Positions 52,892 through 64,000 of a DNA stretch of 64,000 bases are shown piece after piece. Under the pieces are notes generated by a model. The model did no database searches and was not told where the DNA came from. It worked only from the letters and a program-made list of their open reading frames with translations. The position numbers and the translations under genes are program-made. The stretch is taken from the NCBI GenBank assembly GCA_028534125.1, contig CM052816.1:42720001-42784000 (forward strand), in the 5' to 3' direction. Every line of letters begins with the position of its first letter. Position 1 is the stretch's first letter. Source of the DNA: Lama glama. Lineage: Eukaryota.

Positions 52892-54172
52892 CTAGAAGAC
52901 GCTTTCGCAGGAGCAGGGCAGCGGCCGGGGGCGCGGCGGGGGTGGGCGCAAATAGCCCTCGGCTGGCTGATCCCGCCGAGCGTGGTGATAATGGGGGTGG
53001 GGCCAGCGGTGGCGGTGGAGCGCTTGGTGGCTCCGGGCCCCCTCGTCGTCCTCCGCGACTCCCTCACCCTGGCAGCACACTGCGCCCAGGCGCCTCCGCA
53101 GCCGCCGCGAGAGCTGGCAGTCGGCCGCCTGGAAGAACAGGTAGACGAAGGGATTGAGAGCGCTGTTGGCTACCCCCACCAGGCGCAGCGCCACCGCTAG
53201 GTCCTCGGCTTCCCAGTCTCCCACCGGTCCAGACGACCACGTGGCCGCCAGCCGGGCGGCGAAGTAGGGCAGCTCGCACCCCACGAACAGCAGCCCCAGC
53301 ACCAAGCTCATCTTCAGGCTCTGGACCTTGGCGCGGGGCAGAGCGCTGGGTTCGGGGGCTTGGCCGGGACTTGCCGACCTGGGCACCGCAGCCGATGGGG
53401 CCTGAGGCGAGCGCTGCCACCAGGCGGAGAGCAGGCGGCTGCCCGCGACGCCCATGACTGCGACCGGAGCTACGAAGCCCGCAAGGGCCTCATAGAGCGC
53501 GTAGATCATCAGGTGCCAGCGCGGCAGCGGCGCGAAGATGTCGCGGCAACGACGCTCCCCCGGCAAGGCGCGGGCGCTCGGGGGCTCGGCAGGCGGCTGC
53601 GAGGGGGCGCCCCCGCGGACCACGAAGGTGGGGGGCAGCGCCAGCAGCAGCGCAAGCAGCCAGCCCAGGACGGCGAGGCTTCGCGCGGGCAGCGGCGGGT
53701 CCTGTGGACGGCGCACTGCGCGCTGGCGCTCGAGGGCAATGAGCGCCACGAGGTGGGCCGAAGCGCTGTGGCCAGATGCCCGCAGCAGCTGCACGAAGCG
53801 GCATGCCAGGTCGCCCGCGGCCCGGCGCGGGTCGCCCTGCAGCTCCCAGGCCAGCTGCGACAGCGCGGTGCCCCCGCACGCGTACAGGTCGGCCAGGGCC
53901 AGCTGCACCAGTAGGAAGTCCATCTTGCGACGCTTGGGACCCGCCCAGGGCCCACCGCCGCCGCACAGGCGGCACAGCACCGTGGCGTTGCCGGCCACCG
54001 CCACCATCAGGATGACCCCCAGGAAGACCAGGCGGACGCGGTGGCTGGGTCGCGGTGGCCCCGGGACGGGGGCTCCCTGTCCGGAAGTCAGGTTGAGACC
54101 CCAGCCCAGCGAGATGGGTACGGAAAAGTTGGGCGCCGGCGACGGAGTTGAGGGGCTGAAGGGATTCTCCAT
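52892..54172 (-). CDS. GPR150: G protein-coupled receptor 150, intronless orphan class A GPCR (vasopressin/oxytocin/GnRH-receptor related), 426 aa
   Basis: ORF 52892..54226; first real ATG at 54172 (AGGATGG, good Kozak). Seven hydrophobic segments with GN (TM1), LALAD (TM2), ERQ at the DRY position, CELPY (TM6), NPFVY (TM7). Matches recalled GPR150; embedded in a CpG island. Confidence 0.97.
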   Translation of the reverse strand: MENPFSPSTPSPAPNFSVPISLGWGLNLTSGQGAPVPGPPRPSHRVRLVFLGVILMVAVAGNATVLCRLCGGGGPWAGPKRRKMDFLLVQLALADLYACGGTALSQLAWELQGDPRRAAGDLACRFVQLLRASGHSASAHLVALIALERQRAVRRPQDPPLPARSLAVLGWLLALLLALPPTFVVRGGAPSQPPAEPPSARALPGERRCRDIFAPLPRWHLMIYALYEALAGFVAPVAVMGVAGSRLLSAWWQRSPQAPSAAVPRSASPGQAPEPSALPRAKVQSLKMSLVLGLLFVGCELPYFAARLAATWSSGPVGDWEAEDLAVALRLVGVANSALNPFVYLFFQAADCQLSRRLRRRLGAVCCQGEGVAEDDEGARSHQALHRHRWPHPHYHHARRDQPAEGYLRPPPPRPRPLPCSCESVF

Positions 54173-54340
54173 CCTTAGCCTGGAAGAGGAGGTACCGAAG
54201 AGGGTAGGCAGGGCGCGGGAAATCAAGGTGGAGGCGAGGCTGCGCGGGGCGCAACGCCGGGTCTACGAGTTCCCAAAGTTAGTTGAAAACGCACACGCAC
54301 AGACAGGGAGATGGATGCGGATAGCTTTGCGCTTAGTTGT

Positions 54341-54347
54341 TTTTATA
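54341..54347 (-). promoter_or_regulatory. TATA box of GPR150 (TATAAAA)
   Basis: Canonical CTATAAAAA on minus strand about 170 bp upstream of the ATG, at the CpG island edge. Confidence 0.6.
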
Positions 54348-56199
54348 GGTTGTCCTCGTCATTTGTCACTCAAATGGGGGTTGTACACACTAGGAACACA
54401 CATGATTCCTCTTCTCCACCTTCCCCTCCGCGTCTCTCCTCCCAATCCCGGTGGATCCCTTTCCAATCTCTGCCGCGGCCCCCACGTGGCCTTCGCGGAT
54501 GCCGCGAACCACTGGGCTCTAGGAACTCCTCCCGTTCGCTGTTTACATGTAGAGCACAGCTGGCCAGAAGGTCGCTTCGCCTGGTCATTGTTAACCCGGG
54601 ACCAGCACACCGGAGAGGAAGGTCCTGACTAATACTGTACCCCCTTAAAATGGTTTCAGGTTGGCAGTAGGAAAAAAAAATAGAAAAGGCACTAGTTTTG
54701 ATGAAAGAGGCAGACACAGAGACAGAGAGACAGAGAGAGGGAAAGGAATAGGAAAAGGAAAAGGAAAGAAAAAGATTCGGAATGCCCTAAATCTGCACTA
54801 GTTTGAGAAAAACAGGAACACAAGAAACCTAACAGCTTTCTGAGTAAAGAGGAGCCCAATAGATGAATCTTTTTCTGGCCAAAAATGAGAGTATTTCACT
54901 TGGAGAGAACTAAAGTCAAGGGTGTTGCTTGGCAATTAGGAGTAGCAGTAGGTTTGTAGATTGTTTCAGATACTCCTCATTACTAGAAACAGTGGATCAC
55001 AGCTGCTCTCCGTGATGTAAAATTCATTTCATTACTCTGAAGAGGGCATTAATAGGTTTTATGCAAATAGGTAGTACCTTTATTGCTTTTCTCCTAATAT
55101 TTTCACCCAGTGATGGATGTGTCATCACGGCTCTTCATTCTCTTGATTCTGTTTTCTAGCAGATGGGAAGTTGCTAGGAGGGACTACGCCTCCAATAAGC
55201 CTAGAGAAAAGGTGACTAACAAAATGATAAGGCGGCCAATTTTTAAAAAAGAAATCCAAGTCACAGGAAATGGTTTAGATTAAATGCTATGTCTTTTATT
55301 TCAGCCCTACATCCTCACAAACAAATTTTAGTTTTACCGTTGGAAGCATCAATTTGTCTTTTATGTGCCTGTCACATTAATCACGGTAAAAGTAAACTCC
55401 CTGTGCTTCCTGGTCTGGGCGTCTGCTGAGGTTCGCACTCCCAGGCTGAGGAAACATTTGGCATTTTTAAGATGCACAGGATAGGTGGGTTTGGTGGGTG
55501 CAGGGGACAGTCCTGCTGGTTGCTGTGGGAATCTCATTTCCTGAGCTGTTGTCCTTTGGCCAGAGACCGTGGTCATTTTTATTATATCCCCAGTGCCTAG
55601 CGATGGATCTGACACATGATAGGTCCATCAATAAATATGTTTTGAGTTGATGGATTAATGAATATGTGATGCATTTCAGGTAACTTTGAGCAAACGTTTC
55701 TACCTTTACTATAAACCACCGACCTAAGAGAAAAATACCTTTCATACCTATGCCAGTATCATCCAGAAGTTCCAAAGAAGCCCTGGGGAGATGCAGGAAT
55801 AGCCGTTCTTGGTGGAACATTTAAGAGGTAGAGTGATAGCCTTGGGAAATCAAACTCCTGGTTTAATTTTCACATTCTTCCCTCAGACAGTTTTGCCTGT
55901 GGCCTTTTTCTCTGTAACATACATCATTCTGGCTTATGATCCACTTCTTCTAGGGAGCTCTCTCTGAGCAATACCCATAATTCAATGATTCTCCTAGCCA
56001 AGGCATATCAGTTGAATATTTCTCAAAATAATTCTATAATTTGTCTCAAATTTGTTAAAATGCTCTCATATAACAAAGCAAGACTCTACCAGCAAAATTA
56101 TATTTCAAAGAACTTTACTAAGACCTGATTAAAAAAATGACTTTTAAAAAATAATCCTTCTCAAGATAATACCTGCATATAGTTTGGAAAGAGGACTAG

Positions 56200-59100
56200 A
56201 GGACTGGTAACAACATAGAGTTCCCCATTCACATACCCTCACTAGAGGGGAGCCAGTTTAGTTTGTATTTGCTGTTTCTTCTGACATTTACTTAATTCCA
56301 TAATTCTAAATAGTTAGTGTGTAATACTATTTATTGCTTCAGTGGTTTTAGATATCTGTTAGCTTCTTACTAGATTAGGATAAAGATTTAGCTTTCATGC
56401 CTCTGTCCCCACCGTTTCTCCTTTCTTACACTATTAATATAGAAATATTGTAATTTGGGGTTAGATCTATATTCAGTGTTTATGTTCTTTTGAAGTGAAA
56501 ATATTCACAGCTGAATGTTGTAATATATTATGAATATCATTATTTTCTTTTTCTTCACATCAATAATGACCTTTTCTTAGTTTTCATTATTACCATAGCT
56601 ATACCTTTAAAGAGTCCCTCAGTACAATTTCCACAAGGTCAGTTTCATAACATAATATAGCAATTCCAATTTTTTTTTTCTTGTAACCCTTCTTACCAGA
56701 GACCTCCATCCCCTCCACATATGGGCTGGTTTCTCTCTAGGCCTGCCGCCTTCTGATTGTCCTGAAACGTCTCTTTGTTGTCATCAGTGAAATGCTCTGC
56801 CTTTCTCTTGGGTTGGAGTTTTTGTTTCTTGGATCTCTTTTCTTTTTTCTTGGTTTTTTTCTCCTTTGGTAGAACACATCATCCGATATGTCATAAAGTT
56901 AAAAAGATTGGACAGAGGCTGAGGACAGAGCAGAGAGAGCCCTCATTGTGGCTGTTACTTGATTCATGTAGATTCAATCAGGACAGGCTGCCTTCTGGGC
57001 CAGCTGTCATCTGGGCATCTCCTTTATCATTATCCTAGGACTCCTTTCACTTAGCTCATGCTGGTTCTCCTGCTTTCTAATTTCATGTTTTTGTGTTGGT
57101 TTTTGTTTTGTTTTGTTTTTCCTTTCTTGGTTTATTTTCTTTCTTGGGTAGAAAGCATCCTTCAGTGGCTTCTTGAGGAAGGGTAACTTTTGGGGACCTT
57201 GCATGTCTGAAAATGTCTTTATTTTACCTTCACATTTAACGTGATTTGGCTGAGTTTAGAATTTTATATTGGCAATATTTTCCTTCTAAATTTTGATGGC
57301 ATTGCTCCATTGCGTTTTGGCTTCTAAGTGTTTGTGTTGAGAAGCCTGAAGCCATTCTGACTCCTGATTTGCTTGGATGCTATTGCCTTTCCCATTCTGG
57401 AAGCTTATTGACTCTTCTCTTTGTCTCTGACAAATTTCATGAAGATGTGGTTTGCAATGAGTTAATTTTCATTCACTGTGCTAGGCAAAATTGAGGATCA
57501 TGAATTGCACTTAACTATAATATTTCTCTAGTGGCCTTTAATCCAGAAGTTTGCCAGACTTTCTTTTTCCTTTCGTGAAACTCACCAGTCTGAAGGGTCC
57601 ATGACACATGTTTTGCAGAATGTCTCTAAAGTTATGTTTCTGTATAATTAAATTTGGATTAGACATTCGGGGCTGAAATACTACATAGGTAATACTGTGT
57701 CCTCAGTGCATCATTTTGGGGACACACACTGCTAGTTTGTCTCAATATTGCTGATGTTAAGCTTGACATATATGTTTTTAAAATAAAATATTATTATATA
57801 AATTGTACATATTAATTGCAGAAAAATTAGAAAAAAAATCACTAAATATATCACCCAGGGATAACTGCTGTTAATACTAAATTATGTAACCTTTAGACTA
57901 TAATGACCATATATATATACATACATATTTATAAAAATGTATCATGTATAGTATTCTACATCCTGTTGTTTTTCCAGTTAATGTAGTAGTTGGATAACTT
58001 TCCATGTCAACCAATAAAAACATGTGATATAAACTGTCTGTTTAATGTGAAATGAATTATAATTATCTGAATAACCCCCTGTTTTTGGACAAAGATTTTC
58101 TAATTTTCACTTTATAAATCAGTGAAGAACATCTCTTTATATATGTCCTTGCACACAAGTTCAGTTATTCCTGCAAGATAAACTTCTACGATTGGAATTT
58201 CTAGGGCAGAAGCACATGCATTTTTAAAGCATTTGAATACATGGTGCTGCATTGCCCTTGACAAGGGGCACAAGCAATGCATGTCTTTTTCCCCACAGAC
58301 TTAGTATTGAGCCTCATCCATGTTTTAAATTTTTGTCATTCTCATAGATGAAAAAAATAAGTGTTTCATTGTTACTTCATCATTTCCAAATTCATATATA
58401 ATTCACAAACCATGAAATTCAAACTTAAAAAGTGTACAGTTCAGTGCCTTTTAGTATATTCAGAGCACAAGTTTGTGTAACCATCACAACTATCTAATTC
58501 TAGCACATTTTCATCACTCCAGAGAGAAATTTCATATGCATTCCCTTCATCCCAAGCTCCTGGAAACCACTGATCCATCTTCTGTCTCCTTTTGTTTATT
58601 CTGGATGTTTCATATAAATGTAGTAATAATAACAGTATGTGGCCTTTGTGTCTGGCTTCTTTCACCTAGCATAATGTTTTTAAGGTTCATCCATCCTGTA
58701 GCGTGTAACAGGACTCCATTCCTTTTTATGGCTAAATAATATTCCATTGTCTGGATTACACATTTTGGATTACACAAAACCACATTTTGCTTATTCATTT
58801 ATCAGCTGATGGACATTTGAGTTGTTTCCACTTTCTGACTATTGTGTGTAATGCTGTTATGATCATTTGTGTACAGGTTTTTCTGGGAACACCTCTTTTC
58901 AGTTCTCCAGGATATATGCCTGGGAGTGGATTTGCTGGGTAATATGGTAATTCTATGTTTAACTTTTTGAGGACTTTCCAAACTGTTTTCCACAAAGACT
59001 ACCATTTTATGTTCCCACCAGTAATGTACGAGTGTTCCCATTTCTCCCCTTGTATAGATGCACATTCCCATTTGACACCATGTTCCTTCTGCATGAAGAA

Positions 59101-61270
59101 GGTCATTTAACATTTCTTATAGTTCAGGTCTGCTGGTAACAAATTCTCTCAGCTTCTTCATTTTTGAAAAATGTTTATGCTAGGTATATAGAATTCTAGG
59201 ATGACAGTTTGTCTTTCAGTACTTCAAAGAAGTTCTACCATTGTCTTCTGGTTTACATAGTTTTTGATGGTAAATCTGCTTTAATCCTTATCTCTGTTCC
59301 TTTGTATGGAATGTTTTTTCCCCACCTCTGGTTGCCTCCAAGATTTTCTCTTTTTCTGTATTTTCCAACAGTTTCACTTGGATGTGCTTATGTGCATTTT
59401 TCTTTGTATTCTGCTTGGGCTTCCCTAAACATTTAGGTGGGTGATTTGTTATCTTTCATTAATTTTGGAAAATTCTCAGCTATTTCCTTGGACATTTTCT
59501 CTCTATTCTCCGTTATTTCAACTTACATATAGTATCACCTTTCAGATTATCCCACAGCTCTTGGATGCTCTGCTCAATTTTTCTCCACTTTTCTTCTTTT
59601 TTTTTTTTCATTCTTTTTTCTCTTGTTACCATTTGAAATTCAGGATTTCATTTTGAACAATTTCTTCTGGCCTACATTCAAATTCACTAGTTATTTTTTT
59701 TCAAGTTCACTGATAGTTTTCTTTTGTGTCTAGTCTGGTGATGAGCCATTTGAAGGACTTCTTCATATGATAGCATGTTTTTCATTTCTAGTGAATCAAT
59801 TTTATTCTTTTTTTCATAGTTTCTATCTCTCTGCTGAAATTCCCTATCTGTTCATTCATATTATCCGTATTTCCCCTTAGATCCTCCAGTAGATTCATTG
59901 TAGTATTTTCAAGTCACTTTCTCATAGTTTCAACTTTGGGGCCATCTCTCAGTCTGATTCTCTTTACTGCTTTATTTCTTCAAAATGGGTCTTTTCTTAC
60001 TTTTTTGCCTTGTAGATTTGACTGAATGCCAGACATTATATGTAAAGGAAAAATAGTGACTGATGTAAATAGTATTTGCTCCTGAAAATGGGCATGACTG
60101 TTCATTTGGTGGCCACTAAGGTAGGGAGGGCTAACTAAATCTAGTCAGTAGTTGAGCTAACTTTGGGTTTTGTCATTGCTATAGTTGCCATTATTATATT
60201 ACAGACTCAACACTCCCCCCTACTGCTGATACCTTGCTTTAGTGAGAGGCCTGGAATGCTGGAGGGTTCTTCTCGGGGTTCCTGTTTCACCGCCAACTTT
60301 TCAGCACATTTGGCCACTGCGGGCGGCGTGGGAGGTTTCTCGCTCCATACCTTTTGTCCCTCTCCCAGCAGTAGTGTGCTGTTGCTCGTGGTGGGAACAG
60401 GCTGATTTTCTTTTTAAAAAACTCTCTTATCCCGGCCACAGTCTTCTCTAAGCCCTGGGGGCCTGAGCCTCAAGGGTGGGGCTTTATTCACATTTCTGTC
60501 CCTTCCACCTATGACAGCCAAACTTCAGCTTGTAACTTGCAAAAGAGCAAGTTTCCTGGCCCTTCCCCTGCTGCAAGAGGTCTTTGCTTTCTCAGTGTAG
60601 GAATCTGAGCATGACTAGGGTTCTGTTCTGCCTCTCCTTAGCAGAGAGCTTTTGCTGTATTCTGCCCCTTCCCAATGAAGCTGACCCTTTGCTGATGACT
60701 AGGGGTGATTTGGTTTCTTGCTCCAGGAGCAGATGAGTTTTGCTTAGTATGAGAGAAGGTTCTGAGCTTTATGCTTGTCCTCCAGAGGCAGCCCCTCCCC
60801 ATCTATACATCTGTCCCAGTGAAGAGGCTCCGTGAAGTCCCCTGTCCTGCTCCCATCTTTCTCATGAGCGCTGGTTGAGGTCCCTGAAAAAAAGCTCATT
60901 ACTGGGAGTGGTCTCCCTTGTGTGTGCGACTCCTAGCATTGCTACTGTTATTTTCACACACATGTGGCTTTTATGAATTTGTCAGAATATCAGTTTGTTT
61001 TCTTACCTGTTCTTCGGGCTGCTAATTTTTCCTCCTGTGCTCTGCCATAGGTGGAACAGTTTGATGTCTCAGCTCTCATCACAAGGGCTGGCCACCCTTT
61101 TCAATTCAGTTCACTTATTGCCTTGCAACTCAGTCCTATGAGCGGCTCAAAAAGTTTTAATTTTGCAGATTATCTAGCTTTTCCCTTTTCCTTTTGGTTT
61201 CTGTTAATGTGGAAGCAATATTCCCTTGCAACTTTCCCTATCCTATGTGGAAGCAGAACTCTCAAAATGT
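56200..61270 (-). mobile_element. Mosaic of old antisense L1M fragments, including an L1MB-like 3' end at about 58380-59050
   Basis: T-rich degenerate L1; minus ORFs 58610..58798 and 58795..58995 resemble the L1 ORF2 C-terminus (KKLNIELPYYPANPLPGIYP; MEYYLAIKRN). Confidence 0.75.
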
Positions 61271-62224
61271 TATTTAAGGATACCAATCCTTTACCATCCA
61301 TACCTCAACATTTATATTATTTTCTTCTCTGATTTCTTGAATTGAATAGGACAAAGTCAAAAGACAAACTATGGAAATGGGCAAAGAACAGAAATAGGAA
61401 AGGTCACGGTAAAGGAAATTTCAGTGGCTATTAAGCATATGAAAGTATGATCTACTTTACTCATAATAAGAAAAAGAAAGTATTTTTTATTGACCCTGTT
61501 GGCAACAAATGTGAGGACATGTATTGCTGGTGAGAGTACAAATTGGTATAAGTTCTTTGGGGTAATTTGGTAGTCTCTAGAGTAATTTTGCTAGATATAG
61601 TCTTACCTCAGCAATTTCACTTCTAGATGTCTCTTGTTAAGTGGAAAAAAAAAAAGAACAAGATGCAGAACATTTTGTGAAGTATGCTACCACTTGTAGG
61701 GGGATGGTTTGCTGGGGAAGAATGTAGTTTGTAGAAGCATGTCTGTCTCTCAAAGGATACATAGGAAGTGGGTTACAGTAGTTGCCTCCAAGAGGGGGAA
61801 CTGGGTGCCTGGTGGACTGGGAGAGGAGAAAGGCTTCATGTCAACTGTTAACCCTTTAGTACCTTTTTGAAGCTTGTACCTTGTGCATTTATTACCTATT
61901 TAAAAAATAAATTTCAGCTTTATTCACAGTCTATGCCCCATCAAATACTCTGAATACTCCCATCAAATATGTCCAAATGATCTATGTCCTATCAAATAGA
62001 AACAACTCATCAGACACCATCAAGGACTCACAAATACCTATTTTATGGTTCATAGTAATAATAATTGTTATAATATTCTATATTCTGTAATTTCAGAGGA
62101 ACAGAGCTTTATACATGGTATTTGTTTCCATCCTTTTTAATACTTCCATTAATTTGTTAGAAGTTGGTAAGAATGAGGTCTTGATAATCATTTTGAAAAT
62201 ATATAATTCTATACTGATAGATAT

Positions 62225-62230
62225 TTTATT
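62225..62230 (-). terminator. Candidate ARSK polyadenylation signal (another at 61919-61924)
   Basis: Minus-strand AATAAA about 120 nt after the stop. Confidence 0.45.
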
Positions 62231-62350
62231 TTAAAATAGAGTGCATTCTTTAAAAGTATCTAAAAGTCAGTAATTATTAACTTCATTTAAAATGCAAAAT
62301 TAATCATGATCTTTTAACATATTTTTATATAGCTCTAGAACATGATTTTC

Positions 62351-62649
62351 TTATTTTTGTTCAAATTTTTTTGGATCAGAGTGGGCTTTAAGCCACAGAT
62401 CGATGGCACTTTCATACTTCCTCGGTTCTTTCAGCCAGTCCTGATGCCACCTAAGGTTTGCTATGACATTTGAATAGTTTTCCCCTATACTTTGTTTCCA
62501 CTTGATAAACTCCTCTTTATTGTATTGGTGAACAGAAGCAGAAACCTTAGGGTAGTTTATAATTGAACGAAGCTTCTGATCCAAAGAATATGTAACTTCA
62601 GGAAATTTTGTAGCAATATTTGTTAGTTCATCTGGATCTGAGGAAAGAT
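62351..62649 (-). CDS. ARSK: Arylsulfatase K, last coding exon (DLSSDPDELTNIATKFPEV...AHSDPKKFEQK*); upstream exons lie beyond the window
   Basis: Minus-strand TTTTCTTTCAG acceptor, phase 1; sulfatase C-terminal motif DLxxDPxExxN; matches recalled ARSK; TAA at 62353-62351. Confidence 0.96.
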
Positions 62650-63859
62650 CTGAAAGAAAAAAAAAATTGAATAGCTGTCAAATAGTAACCTGCTAGAAAT
62701 TTTTTTTTAGAATGTCATTATTCTGTGACAGATAATGTATTATAATTTATTTTTATTTTCAGTTCTTTTTAGTGTAGTAAGATAAAGGACGGTATAAATG
62801 GAGAAATAATATACCAAAAGTTAAACACCTTTTTAAATGTATGTTCAAATTATTTTCCTTCTTACCATTCATCCTGCTATCCCCACCCCCCCTTTTTTTT
62901 CTTATCTATTCTTAGATGGCAGAAACAGTCAAACTAGTGAGCTGGCTTAGGCCCAGTTCTTCCTACTTTTGATGCCTTGCTTGCTTTGACATGAAAAAAA
63001 AAAAAGGAATGCTTAAATTGTCCCATTTCAACAGCCCCAAACATTCCAGCTGTAGGAATTCTTTACATAGTCAAGTTGTGTTCTTGCAACTTTACTTACT
63101 CTGAGGGTTTTTTTAAAATATATTAACATCTTATGTTTAGTTTTTGAAAATTACATTCATCAATACTGTCTGAGCAAATGAGCATGGAAGTAAAAACTCT
63201 CAATTACTACCACTGAGGAAATAATGATAAATATTTTATAGACACCTTTTTTACCTACAATGTAGGAAGACAGACAATATAACTAGGATGCCAATCTAAT
63301 TGGAAAAACGACAAATCAAAGATCTTATGACAATTTACTTAAGTCAGTAAATGAACCTTGCATCTTGAGGGTAAAACCCCTCCAGGTCTATTTGAGTGCA
63401 CTAGCCAGGAGACCCCTAAAGACATATATGATTTTGCTCAGTGACTTCAGATGCCCCCTCTTTAGGAAAGGGAAGTCAGTGAATAAACCCCAGAGAATAT
63501 AAGAAAGGCAGGCTTCTCCACTGATCTTTGACAGTCACATCTGCTTTTTGAAGAACATAACCAATGAACAAACAAGAGTTGCCCATTCCTCATCAGGATG
63601 AAAATTTAAGGACTGTCTTCTGAAGCTAAGAATCTCCTGCTCTTAGAGTTAAGGGTGGGAGGGGAGGTTAATCAGTTTGGCCTCTAAAGAATTATTTTGA
63701 ATTAATAATTTTGACATTTGTCAAAACTGGGAAAAAATTAGCAAAAAAGGAATATAAAATTAGATTTAGCACATACTTTATATGCAAAAAGGGGGCAAAG
63801 GATAAGTAGAACTTTAAGTCTAATAATAATGCTTAAAAATGAATTCATAGAGTAGTGAA

Positions 63860-64000
63860 GGCTTTTGTAGGGTGGAAGGAGCATGGATATTGGAGTCAGA
63901 CCTGAGTTGAAATCCCAGCCCTGCCACTTCTTAGCAGTGAGACCTTGTGCAGGTATCTGAATCCCTTTGAACCTTAGTCTTTTCTATAAAATGAGGATGA
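63860..64000 (+). mobile_element. MIR SINE
   Basis: ggagtcagacctgagttgaaatcccagccctgccacttcttagcagtgagacctt MIR core. Confidence 0.85.

Noticed and set aside
54173..54226. 18-aa N-terminal extension of GPR150 in the ORF track
   Set aside because: Starts at TTG; the ATG at 54172 has good Kozak context and matches the known start.
52751..54632. Long overlapping ORFs antisense or out of frame to GPR150 (e.g. 364 aa at 53538..54632 +, 254 aa at 53490..54254 -)
   Set aside because: Expected stop-codon scarcity in very GC-rich coding DNA; low-complexity Arg/Ala/Pro/Gly products with no recognisable domain.
58441..59113. Several minus-strand ORFs as a gene
   Set aside because: Frameshifted remnants of the L1 ORF2 C-terminus and 3'UTR.
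61935..62040. Recurring CATCAAATA motif and other short repeats (4860-4890, 40185-40250, 58750-58790) as a CRISPR-like array
   Set aside because: Irregular spacing, degenerate slippage repeats in mammalian DNA, no cas genes.

Overview
Mammalian genomic DNA from the conserved ARSK-GPR150-RFESD-SPATA9 block, syntenic with human 5q15. The L1 3'UTR type and the lack of recognisable pig, ruminant, carnivore, horse or primate young SINEs suggest a camelid or related cetartiodactyl; this is inference. Four genes can be built by hand with GT-AG junctions and consistent phases: complete SPATA9 (+, 5 coding exons, 253 aa), complete RFESD (-, 3 coding exons, 157 aa Rieske 2Fe-2S protein, convergent with SPATA9), intronless GPR150 (-, 426 aa orphan GPCR) and the last coding exon of ARSK (-). 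There are three CpG islands (about 0.6-1.15, 38.1-39.1 and 52.8-54.6 kb). The rest is L1/L2/MIR/LTR/DNA-transposon relics and microsatellites. I do not see a convincing novel multi-gene system. The best unexplained signals are: a 107-bp ungapped inverted repeat upstream of RFESD; a 94/95-bp dispersed direct duplication in SPATA9 intron 2; a tandem-duplicated CRE cassette in the CpG island upstream of SPATA9; a candidate poison exon in SPATA9; a stop-interrupted in-frame upstream RFESD exon with two hairpins; a structured CpG-rich element in the GPR150 3'UTR; and C-terminal frameshifts in SPATA9 and ARSK. Ortholog comparisons are from memory, repeat family names are by eye, and no searches were run.
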